In this document: positions 1 through 7,639 of the stretch, piece by piece | How positions within the stretch are numbered: position 1 is the first letter of the stretch | Layout of the letters: every line of letters begins with the position of its first letter | Source of the DNA: Candidatus Hadarchaeota archaeon | Lineage (GTDB): Archaea; CAYQAE01; CAYVLA01 | NCBI GenBank assembly: GCA_964452145.1 | Contig: CAYVLA010000049.1 | Span: forward strand, 1-22,468 | Reading direction: 5' to 3' | DNA length: 22,468 bases | The notes under the pieces: generated by a model | Databases searched by the model: none | Told to the model about the DNA's origin: nothing | Seen by the model: the letters and a program-made list of their open reading frames with translations, nothing else | Position numbers and translations under genes: made by a program

Positions 1-1
1 C

Positions 2-388
2 CATCACCAAACCCATCCCCCCCTGAGTGACCGACCTCTTGACCCATTGGTGATGGTCGGAGGTGAAACAGTCGATGCCGGCATCGCTGATTATCATAAC
101 ATCGTATGACTCGACCAGGGATTCGTAGGTCCGAGGCATGTGGAGACGGATGGCCCTTCTTATGTCCGAACCCGAGATGCCGGCGTAATGCTGTCTGGAG
201 GCTTGAACCGGCGTCACCTGGAGAATGGGCTCCACCTTCATGAAGACATACGGCGTGACCCCAGGATAGGGATCGCCGGTGTAAAGCACTCGAACCCTTG
301 AGCCGCCATCAGCCAACACCATGTTTGTGGTGGAACTGAGCACAAGAAGAATGAAGCCGAGGTTGGATGGCTTCCTAAACGGTCCCAT
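2..388 (-). CDS. Secreted/membrane protein with class I glutamine amidotransferase-like domain (partial, runs off left edge)
   Basis: Not in ORF track. Manual translation from ATG at 388 (GGTGG RBS): MGPFRKPSNLGFILLVLSSTTNMVLADGGSRVRVLYTGDP...YDVMIISDAG...WVKRSVTQGGMGLVM. Signal-peptide-like N-terminus; YDVxIxSD and GGxGLVM motifs of GATase1-like folds. Confidence 0.7.
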   Translation of the reverse strand, partial: MGPFRKPSNLGFILLVLSSTTNMVLADGGSRVRVLYTGDPYPGVTPYVFMKVEPILQVTPVQASRQHYAGISGSDIRRAIRLHMPRTYESLVESYDVMIISDAGIDCFTSDHHQWVKRSVTQGGMGLVM

Positions 389-420
389 ACCACCGGGGGG
401 ATGGTTCTCTTGGCAAGACG

Positions 421-427
421 ATATAAG
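421..427 (-). promoter_or_regulatory. TATA box for the 2..388 gene
   Basis: CTTATAT on minus strand about 33 nt upstream of the ATG, in otherwise GC-rich DNA. Confidence 0.5.
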
Positions 428-533
428 TATCATCCCCGAGTTCGCCTCGGACAGGGGCACTTCGCGGCACCACGTTCCGCTACAGCTTTTCGAAACGGGG
501 CTTGGTGGGCAAGCTGTTCGATACGGGACATGT

Positions 534-1958
534 TCAGGCCTTCATTGCTTCGTATCTCCTCACAATACCTTTGATCTCTCTCTGCTTCTCGAGGCTGAGG
601 CCAGGCACCTTGTGCTCCTTCAGGATCCTCTGTACCATGCCTTTCGCTTTCCCCACGACATCTTTCTGGCCGGTTCTGGCCCACTTACCGAACGTTTCCC
701 TGTTGGACAGCTCAGGCCACCAGTATTCGGTTCGTGCATGCTTCACCGTGTGCATCTGGTTCATGAAGTGTCCTCTCGGTCCAACGCTCTGGATCAAATC
801 CGTGGCAAGGGTTTCGCCATCCACCTCGATTCCCCTGAGGGCTCTCAGGAGGAAGCCCGCTATCTCGTCATCGATCACAAGCTGCTCGAATGAAGCTATC
901 AGGCCCGTTGAGAACATGCCGCAGTTCATGATGATGTTAGCACCCGAGCACAGAGCAGCAAACAAAGTCATGATCTTCTCCCAAGCCATCTGCTCATCGT
1001 GGCATTGGGCATCTGAGTCCGGCGCGATGCAATGCACAGGCAAATCATAGGATCTGCCCATCTGGGCATGTGCGACGCGCAGCGCTATGGTCTCGGGAGA
1101 TGCGATGATGGGCGAGGCCCTGCGCATATCGAATATGGTTGGCGCATGGCCGTAGATTACGGGCGTGCCTTCCCTCACAAGCTGTGACATGACCAGGCCC
1201 GACAGGAACTCTGCATCATGGACCAGCAGAACCCCTGCCATTGTCGCGGGCGAAGTCGCACCTGCCATGGGTTCGGGCAGTATGTTGCAGGCCAACCCCG
1301 CTTCAGATGCCTCGGCCAAGACGCCGACGGAATCGCGATCCCACGCCAGCGGCGAGGTGGGCGAGGACTGGAAGGTGGCCCTCCGGTCCTCTGAGAGATC
1401 CCACTCATCGGCCACCGCCCGGACGATCTCGATCAGTCCCTTGGCGGCCAGACGCGAATTGGGCGAGAAGAAGAGGTGCTTGGTCGAGTTACTGAGCATG
1501 GCGCTGCATGCGTGCAGCTCGGATACATGCGCAGCCACGTCCCGGGGCAGGACCTCCAGGCCCACCGCGCGGATGTTCTTCAGACAGTCCGATATCCTGG
1601 CAAAGACCGCGACATCCTCCACCGTGCCCGGTACTGCCCCGCCCTCCTTAAGGACGTAGGATGCATAGAATCCGCTGGCCACGCATAGGTTGTCCCCGCC
1701 AATTCCAAACCCGTCGCCCCCGTCTCTTCCCTTGGCAAGATAGCCCTTTGGGCAGGAATGAAGGGCCTCATCGACGAGGCTCTCAGGGAACCTTGCCAAT
1801 CTCCTGTCAGAATCCACGTCCACGCCGTTGCGCGATAGCAGCCCCAGCATGTCCTGGTCATATACCGTCACGCCAGTTTCCTTGAGAATCCTCAGGGATT
1901 CCTCATGGATCGCCTTGATCTCAGACCTTGACAAGACCTTCAAGCGGTTCATTTTCAC
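534..1958 (-). CDS. Trimethylamine methyltransferase (MttB) superfamily protein, non-pyrrolysine
   Basis: 474 aa; IHEESLRILKETGV, SPTSPL, PMAGATSPATMAG, SDAQCHDEQMAWEK, GANIIMNCGM, EQLVIDDEI, GPRGHF motifs; no in-frame TAG. Confidence 0.9.
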   Translation of the reverse strand: MKMNRLKVLSRSEIKAIHEESLRILKETGVTVYDQDMLGLLSRNGVDVDSDRRLARFPESLVDEALHSCPKGYLAKGRDGGDGFGIGGDNLCVASGFYASYVLKEGGAVPGTVEDVAVFARISDCLKNIRAVGLEVLPRDVAAHVSELHACSAMLSNSTKHLFFSPNSRLAAKGLIEIVRAVADEWDLSEDRRATFQSSPTSPLAWDRDSVGVLAEASEAGLACNILPEPMAGATSPATMAGVLLVHDAEFLSGLVMSQLVREGTPVIYGHAPTIFDMRRASPIIASPETIALRVAHAQMGRSYDLPVHCIAPDSDAQCHDEQMAWEKIMTLFAALCSGANIIMNCGMFSTGLIASFEQLVIDDEIAGFLLRALRGIEVDGETLATDLIQSVGPRGHFMNQMHTVKHARTEYWWPELSNRETFGKWARTGQKDVVGKAKGMVQRILKEHKVPGLSLEKQREIKGIVRRYEAMKA

Positions 1959-2143
1959 GTTCTCAGACCCCTTTCATCCATTGGGGGAGCCCTCCATCTT
2001 CCCAACAGCTTCGACCAAGTCAGCCACGAGCCTCGCCTATTAGCTGTCACTTGCCCCGTCAGATGGAGCTGGCAAGAGAGGTGCAACGGGATGGCCCAGG
2101 AACGGAACGCCAGAAGAGATGCTAACACCTGTTCACGCATGAC

Positions 2144-2206
2144 GCCCGAGTAAGTTATGCACTCCATCTCAACAAGCATGCTGGGAACCACCAGGCCCGT
2201 CACTTC
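2144..2206 (-). pseudogene. C-terminal remnant of a Rid/YjgF/UK114 family gene
   Basis: EVTGLVVPSMLVEMECITY resembles the Rid C-terminal motif (V-x-x-L-x3-4-LVEIE); the rest of the gene is absent. Confidence 0.5.
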
Positions 2207-2687
2207 GGGCATCTACTGCATCATGTTGGCCAAGCAGTATCCAGAATGAGAGCAATTGTGTTTGACTTCCCGGTTGTTTGTGAAGTGGCCGAGCAATTCA
2301 TACACGAGTTTAACGTCACGGAACGGGTGAAAGACGATGGCCGGCAACTTCTTTGAAATGGAGGTGCCAAAGAACATGGATCTTATGATCGTTGGCCAAG
2401 TCCTGCACAGCTATGGTGTTGATGATTGCAGGAGAATCGTAGACATCTGCCGCGAATCGCTGAAGGTGGGTGGTAGAGTTGTCATACCGGACCTCTACCT
2501 GAACAACGACGGAAGGGGTCCTCTCTATCCTGCACTGTTCGCGCTCGACATGATCGTGGATTCGAAAGAAGGGAATTCGTATACTCACGACCAAGTCATT
2601 AGTGTGCTCAAAGATGCTGGGTTCAGCGATATCGGAACGAAGTCACTTGTCGGTCCCATCAGCGTGGTGTATGGAAGCAAAGTCTGA
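2205..2687 (+). pseudogene. 5'-truncated, frameshifted SAM-dependent O-methyltransferase (Methyltransf_2 type)
   Basis: Reconstructs across frameshifts at ~2246 and ~2331 as SGIYCIMLAKQYP/MRAIVFDFPVVCEVAEQFIHEFNVTERVK/TMAGNFF...QVLHSY...SLKVGGRVVIPD...LKDAGF. N-terminal half and most of the GxGxG motif missing. Confidence 0.8.
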
Positions 2688-2760
2688 TTTGTCTCGAATC
2701 TATGATACGGGTCGGCCTGCTGGACAGGACGACCGGACAGCCCATCTCGTAGTAGAGTTC

Positions 2761-3996
2761 TCACGCGGGACTTTTCCTGGGTTGCACAACAACAACCACG
2801 ATCACGATGATTGCCACAGCCAGCGGGATGCGAACGGGCACTTCAATGGGCGTCTCCTCTCCCCACTCCCACCACCTATCGATCTCGACCGGATCTACCG
2901 ACGCTGGACTTGACGGCATTCCTCCGGGCACTATGACTGAGGTTTGGCAAGGCCCCACGAGCACAGTCTGCGTCAGAGCCAGATCTGAAAACTCGACCTT
3001 GCCTTCAAAAACCGTTAGGATGGTGGTGCCGTCTTGGGCCACCTCCAATGTGAATTCAGTCCCACGAACTGATGTGACAGCAGTTGAGGTTTCAATCTGC
3101 CATGGTCTTCCAGGGGTTACTGCCCACATCCGCCATGGCGCGCTGATTCTGCCCCAGATTCTACCCCAGAAGGTCTCCTCTTTCGTGATTTCCTCCACAA
3201 GTTCCCTAAAGGTAAAACAGCAGTTTGGGGATATTCGAATCACCGTGCCATCCAGGAAGGAGATTTCTGCCCAACCATCCTCTCCAGTACTGATCTCGTC
3301 TTCAGCTCGAAGACGCAAGGGTGTGGTCGTCACTTCCTCCCCGTTCCTTATGACCTTCACCTCTCCCTGTGTGTCCGTTATCATTGCCCACAGAGTCTCT
3401 TCCTCTTCTTCCGTAGTGATCATGCCAGTTCCACCGCAAGTGGGGCATTTGACCTTTCCCGTTCCGCCGCAGCGCGGACACGTTCCTTCTCGCCCGGTCC
3501 CACCACATTTCCAGCAGGTTCTTCCCCCCTGCCCACCGCAAGCATAACAAAGCCCAGTCCCATCGCAAACACCGCATAATCCGGTTCCACTGCAAGTGGG
3601 ACAGGGAGTGTCATACACAGCATACCATGACTCGCAGGCCTGGCATTTCCCGGTTCCATTGCAGGCAAAACACCTCCCGGTTCCATGGCAAGTCAGACAT
3701 TCCTCCACCCCAGTTCCCCCGCACCAGGTACATGCTTTTTCTCCCCCTGTTCCATCGCAATCGGGGCAGGTCACCTCCCCAGTCCCACCGCAATCGGGAC
3801 ATGTCGTCTCCTCGGCGGGCGACCCACTGGCGTATGAGCCATGAACATGGCTTGCTTCGCATCCAAGTGTTGCCCCCCTGTTGAAGTCAGATTGTGGGTT
3901 CTGAGCGCTCGCGGATTGGGAAAGGAAACTCACCGACGAAAGGAGCAACGCGATCGCTAGGGTGGACATCAAGGCTCCTTTGAGACCCGTCCTCAC
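2761..3996 (-). CDS. Cell-surface protein: signal peptide, DnaJ-type CxxCxGxG repeats, FecR-like domain, C-terminal TM anchor
   Basis: Hydrophobic N-terminus ending ASA; 11 CxxCxGxG plus one CxxC; FecR motifs (GEVKV, DEISTG, FLDGTVIRI, IETSTAVTSVRGTEF, VFEGKV); C-terminal IPLAVAIIVIVVVVV followed by basic tail. Confidence 0.8.
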   Translation of the reverse strand: MRTGLKGALMSTLAIALLLSSVSFLSQSASAQNPQSDFNRGATLGCEASHVHGSYASGSPAEETTCPDCGGTGEVTCPDCDGTGGEKACTWCGGTGVEECLTCHGTGRCFACNGTGKCQACESWYAVYDTPCPTCSGTGLCGVCDGTGLCYACGGQGGRTCWKCGGTGREGTCPRCGGTGKVKCPTCGGTGMITTEEEEETLWAMITDTQGEVKVIRNGEEVTTTPLRLRAEDEISTGEDGWAEISFLDGTVIRISPNCCFTFRELVEEITKEETFWGRIWGRISAPWRMWAVTPGRPWQIETSTAVTSVRGTEFTLEVAQDGTTILTVFEGKVEFSDLALTQTVLVGPCQTSVIVPGGMPSSPASVDPVEIDRWWEWGEETPIEVPVRIPLAVAIIVIVVVVVQPRKSPA

Positions 3997-4218
3997 TCAA
4001 AGCCCCCTTTTCCCAAGTTTGTCGGAGACCTACAGCGTTAGCAGACCTTCAACCTTCTTCTTAACTCTTCCGCATTCCGTGAACGAGAAGAATGGAACCG
4101 GTCAACGAGTTGATAGGATGTGTGACGTAATGACGTAACAGAAACCTGGAAGGCACGGGAAGCCATACGGCGTCCACATAAGAGAAAGCTGAGAGAAAGG
4201 AAGCCCGAAGAAACCACC

Positions 4219-4392
4219 TCATGCAGTCCGGCATCCAGTCGGGGGTTGAGGAATGGTGCCCCCAGCACCAGTGATCTGCTGAGCCAGGGCCGTTGGAACC
4301 TCTACCTGCACGCCCACCACAGGGCCAAGTGTGCGGAGAGTTCGATGGGGGTCTGACACCCGCGGGAAGAACTTACCCTTGAATAGAGGCAT
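4219..4392 (-). pseudogene. N-terminal fragment of a retropepsin-like aspartyl protease gene
   Basis: Not in ORF track. ATG overlaps upstream gene; 57 aa MPLFKGKFF...GPVVGVQVEVPTALAQQITGAGGTIPQPPTG, then CRTA-stop where an ALIDTGA catalytic motif would be expected. Confidence 0.5.
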
Positions 4393-4651
4393 CAATCAAC
4401 CCTAACTGAAGGGCAGGTAGCCACTCTTTCGGCTCCTCTTCTTGGATCTGGACGATGAGCATCGGAGCATTGCCTAGCTTCTTCAGGCCCTCCTTGTATG
4501 CTGCGTAAGCTGTGTCAAAAGTCCCGAGAAGTTTGCGACCTTTAATCAGGGCGAATTTGCCACTGTGTCGCTCGAGGAGATCAGTCTCGATTTCGAGGTA
4601 GTACTGTCGCTCCTCTCCGAGCGGATCCCGGTTGGAATCATCTTTCGGCAT
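4373..4651 (-). CDS. DUF5678-like small protein (92 aa, start at ATG 4651)
   Basis: E-x2-YY...LLERHSGKFALIKGRKLLGTFDT..AAYKEG pattern; the track's longer N-terminus is an abiEii relic. Confidence 0.65.
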   Translation of the reverse strand: MPKDDSNRDPLGEERQYYLEIETDLLERHSGKFALIKGRKLLGTFDTAYAAYKEGLKKLGNAPMLIVQIQEEEPKEWLPALQLGLIDASIQG

Positions 4652-4720
4652 GTCACAGACTAGTCGATCAATCCTGAAAATGCTTTGGTCAACCAACCCA
4701 TTATCTCGCCTTGTCTGAAG

Positions 4721-4765
4721 ATCACGACGTCTCAGCAAGGATTACACTCCGAATCCCGTCCGGGA
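4721..4765 (-). repeat. Degenerate copy of the abiEi/abiEii overlap (matches 6413-6457)
   Basis: 40/45 nt ungapped identity; encodes IPDGIRSVILAETS* versus VPDRIRRVLLAETA*, with overlapping TTG-start MLRRRD in both copies. Confidence 0.85.
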
Positions 4766-4894
4766 TGTTCATCTTGGAGTTCTGATAGAACTTGCCCCAC
4801 GCTCTTTGCGAATCCGACTGCAATCGTCTCATCAATCATTTCACCAAGCTGAGGGATGAGTACCTTAATAACTCCGGAATAGCGCATACAGGTG

Positions 4895-5140
4895 ATGCCG
4901 ACATTCGGCCTGACGGCCGTGATCAGGAAGGGAGAGAAGCAGTACGTCGCCCTTTGCCCCGAGCTGGACGTCGTCAGCCAGGGCCCCACGATCGAGGAAG
5001 CCATGGGGAACCTCAAGGAGGCCGCAGAACTCTACCTGGAGGAGATGGGACCGCCCGAGGGCATTGGCTCAGGCGAGATACTGGTAACGCGCTTTGAGGT
5101 AGTATCCGATGCCAAAGCTCCCAGTTCTCTCAGGCCGTGA
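4895..5140 (+). CDS. hicB: HicB-family antitoxin (UPF0150 type)
   Basis: YVALCPELDVVSQGPTIEEAMGNLKEAAELYLE signature; TTAATAA at 4865-4871 upstream. Confidence 0.9.
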   Translation: MPTFGLTAVIRKGEKQYVALCPELDVVSQGPTIEEAMGNLKEAAELYLEEMGPPEGIGSGEILVTRFEVVSDAKAPSSLRP

Positions 5141-5252
5141 ACCCGTCAAGGCACTGGCCAGGGCAGGATTCGAGCCCAGGAGGAGAAAGGGAAGTCACCT
5201 CATCCTTGTGAGAGAAACCAGAGAAGGGAAGAGGGCGGCTGCCGTCCCCGAC
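5109..5252 (+). pseudogene. hicA: HicA-family mRNA interferase, C-terminally truncated (frame runs on to 5441)
   Basis: MPKLPVLSGRE..KAL...GF...RRKGSH...VPD, then diverges; lacks the H-x5-GTL-x2-I C-terminal helix. Confidence 0.75.
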
Positions 5253-5277
5253 CCTAGACAACGCACAGCGGGGGGGC

Positions 5278-5293
5278 CCGAAATAGGTTTAAG
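5278..5293 (+). promoter_or_regulatory. BRE/TATA-like promoter upstream of the Dcd-fold gene
   Basis: CCGAAA-TAGG-TTTAAG. Confidence 0.45.
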
Positions 5294-5404
5294 TGTCCCA
5301 GCGCTCCCATTTCGTGAAGTCCATCGGCTTTCAAGTCCCGTGGGGCGAGATGCATTCCCGAGGATGAGATTGACGCGATGCACGAGAACTGAGGGGAGTG
5401 AGTC

Positions 5405-6052
5405 ATGCTACTATCTGATGTTGAGATCCGTCAGGCAATGAAGCAGAAGAGGGTAAGGATCGAGCCTTTCCACGAACCAAGCCTGCAGCCCGCAAGTTAC
5501 GACCTGAGGGTCGGCAAGAGAATGCTCGTGAGCGGCGTGATGGAGGAGATAGACATGGAACGCAAGCGGACCGTCACGCTCAAGGCCGGGCAGTTTGCCT
5601 TGTTGACATCATTTGAGAGAATCGGACTATCCGACGACGTTGCAGCGCACATAGGGATGAAATCGTACTACGTCAGAAAAGGGATAGTCCTGCTGGCCGG
5701 GCTGCAGATCGATCCCGGATGGGAAGGATATCTCGTGTTGGGCATCTACAACGCATCACCGCGGAGCATAACCATAGATTACCAGAGCCCGATATGCACG
5801 GTGGACTTCTACGGGCTTGCAGCGCCCGCATCCGAAGGCTTCCAGGCCGGCGACGAGCAGAGAGCCGGGGAAATACCCAAGGTCGACAGGGATTACCTTA
5901 GAACGCTCGAAACGCAGACGCTTTCCGATATGTCGGAGTCCGTGAGGCAGCTGTCCGAAAACGTCAGCACATTGACCACCGTAACCTACAGATTCGTCGT
6001 GCCGATACTGCTCCTGATCTTGGGTTCAGTCGTGGCCAAGTTCTTCGTGTAA
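5405..6052 (+). CDS. dCTP deaminase/dUTPase (trimeric) fold protein with C-terminal helical linker and TM helix
   Basis: MLLSDVEI, IEPF, LQPASYDLRVG, IDPGWEG motifs; C-terminal FVVPILLLILGSVVAKFFV. Confidence 0.85.
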   Translation: MLLSDVEIRQAMKQKRVRIEPFHEPSLQPASYDLRVGKRMLVSGVMEEIDMERKRTVTLKAGQFALLTSFERIGLSDDVAAHIGMKSYYVRKGIVLLAGLQIDPGWEGYLVLGIYNASPRSITIDYQSPICTVDFYGLAAPASEGFQAGDEQRAGEIPKVDRDYLRTLETQTLSDMSESVRQLSENVSTLTTVTYRFVVPILLLILGSVVAKFFV

Positions 6053-6430
6053 GCTGGCTCCGGGTCCCCCACGGATCGCGATCTGGACCATTGTGGCTGG
6101 CATTTTCACCTCCCGTAGATCAACCACGAACCGCTCCTCTAGCTGCCGAGACAGAGTGGTCATCGCTGCCTCGACCTTCGGCCGCAATGCTTTCATCACC
6201 TCCCTTTCAACGGATCCGGTGAAGTTGAAGTCCAGGTCGATGGAGATTCGTGCGGTATCCAGGTACATGGGATTGAGGGCAGTTCCACCCTTCAGTGTCA
6301 GATTGCTGTGCAGTACTTCTTTACTGCAGATGGCCTGTAGTATCCTGGTGAGATGATACAGCTTCTCTAGCATGTCGAGGCCAAACCCGGTGTCTCGCTG
6401 TATTCCCTCGCAATCACGCCGTCTCAGCAA
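6026..6430 (-). pseudogene. abiEii: AbiEii-family nucleotidyltransferase toxin, truncated (134 aa, TTG start 6430)
   Basis: LEK, LKGGTALN, RISIDLDF motifs; overlaps abiEi stop; about half the usual length, similarity appears to end near 6140. Confidence 0.8.
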
Positions 6431-7220
6431 GGAGTACCCTCCGAATCCTATCCGGGACCACCAAGTTCCATCCCTTGTCGAGACTCCCTTCCCGCGGGCG
6501 GTCAAAGTAGTAGATACTGTCACCGCTCAATTCTCGCATTCTCCTCTTGACGTCCTCCGGAAGAGAGACATTCTCCAGCTTCTCCATGAGATAGCCGATT
6601 CTGCGGGCTAAGCCCTTATTGCCGAACCTTACAAGATGCATTTGAAGCTTCTCCCAATCGACTACCTCTAGATTCCGGAGGCACGAGATGACCTCGGACC
6701 ATCCCCCACTGTACCGAGGAACACGCACCGCGTCCAAGATGGCGCGTTCCCGGTCAGCGACGGTTATCGTGTCATTCGAGTAGGACATGGTTTCCATCCC
6801 GAAGAAACGCTGAGGGATGACGGTGATGAACTGTATATTGACATCATGGTAGCGGATGTTTCGCTGGCGGCGGGGGGTGGTTACATAGATACGGTTGGCG
6901 TACCGCTCTTCCAGGCCGTGCAAGGAGAGGGCGGTGTAGTGGGAGAGGAACGCATTCTCCACTGCTTTGTCTGCGATGAGGATCGCATCTTCCCTGTACA
7001 GGCCTTTGTCGAGGATGATGTTCTCGGGAATGCGGACGAAAAGGCCTGGCTTGACCCTTTCTATGACGTTCTTCTGCACCATCCGCGCCGCCAGATTCCT
7101 TGCATGCTGGGAGGAGACACTCAGCACATTGACGATATCCCGTATCGTGAACACCCGTTGTTCCTTCTCGCCTAGGGCGAAGTAGAGACGTTGCTCCATG
7201 TCCGACATGGGCCAAAACAT
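6414..7220 (-). CDS. abiEi: AbiEi-family type IV antitoxin / transcriptional regulator
   Basis: N-terminal wHTH (IERVKPGLF), FLSHYTALSLHGL, DRERAILD, RRIGYL; coupled to abiEii. Confidence 0.9.
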   Translation of the reverse strand: MFWPMSDMEQRLYFALGEKEQRVFTIRDIVNVLSVSSQHARNLAARMVQKNVIERVKPGLFVRIPENIILDKGLYREDAILIADKAVENAFLSHYTALSLHGLEERYANRIYVTTPRRQRNIRYHDVNIQFITVIPQRFFGMETMSYSNDTITVADRERAILDAVRVPRYSGGWSEVISCLRNLEVVDWEKLQMHLVRFGNKGLARRIGYLMEKLENVSLPEDVKRRMRELSGDSIYYFDRPREGSLDKGWNLVVPDRIRRVLLAETA

Positions 7221-7258
7221 GTGGGCTTAATGTTTTGTTACATATATAACACTTTCCG
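7214..7258 (-). promoter_or_regulatory. abiE promoter (BRE + TATA, likely leaderless) with overlapping inverted repeats
   Basis: Minus strand CGGAAA-GTG-TTATATAT (7249-7242), centred ~25 nt before ATG 7220; inverted repeats TGTTA-N6-TAACA (7236-7251) and AAAACAT-N9-ATGTTTT (7214-7236). Confidence 0.65.
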
Positions 7259-7311
7259 TTATTTTATGGCAAAAGGTCTAAGTGTCTTCCAATGAAACCG
7301 TGCGTCGTAGA

Positions 7312-7338
7312 TTGGTGAAAGATATATATTTGGTGAAA
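7312..7338 (+). promoter_or_regulatory. vapBC promoter: TATA flanked by 9-bp direct repeats
   Basis: TTGGTGAAA-GATATATAT-TTGGTGAAA. Confidence 0.6.
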
Positions 7339-7396
7339 TCGCATCAGAAGCCAATAGGTTCTCTCCCGCCTATTGTGGTTTCGTTGGTGGTTGACG

Positions 7397-7639
7397 ATGT
7401 CCGATATCGTGATCAAGAGGGTCGACGCGCAGGGTCGCATATCCGTGCCCGTGGCCTGGAGAAAGGAGTGGAAGTCCAACAAGGTAGTCCTCACTAGGCG
7501 GGACGGCAGCATAGAGCTAGCACCGATCGAGCCGCTGAGCCCCTCGGATCTGTTCGACTCCATCGAGGTACCCGCGGGTGTTGATTTCTCGGACCCCCAT
7601 GCCCTGAGAAAGGGGCTGCTGGAGCTGCGCCAAAGATGA
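7397..7639 (+). CDS. vapB: AbrB/MazE/SpoVT-family antitoxin (VapB-type), 80 aa
   Basis: KRVDAQGRISVPVAWR AbrB motif; GGTGG RBS; ATGA overlap with PIN gene. Confidence 0.85.
   Translation: MSDIVIKRVDAQGRISVPVAWRKEWKSNKVVLTRRDGSIELAPIEPLSPSDLFDSIEVPAGVDFSDPHALRKGLLELRQR

Noticed and set aside
1969..2040. Minus-strand ARLVADLVEAVGKMEGSPNG* just upstream of the MttB gene, faintly like a corrinoid-protein C-terminus
   Set aside because: Too short and weak to support a call.
3684..3698. CLTCH heme-c-like motif in the Cys-rich surface protein
   Set aside because: Single instance within a CxxCxGxG repeat; other repeats lack His, so not a multiheme cytochrome.
3425..3805. Repetitive DNA that could suggest a CRISPR array
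   Set aside because: Degenerate coding repeats of CxxCxGxG; no constant repeat/spacer structure and no cas genes.
4123..4138. Tandem TGACGTAA x2
   Set aside because: Only two 8-bp copies, no supporting context.
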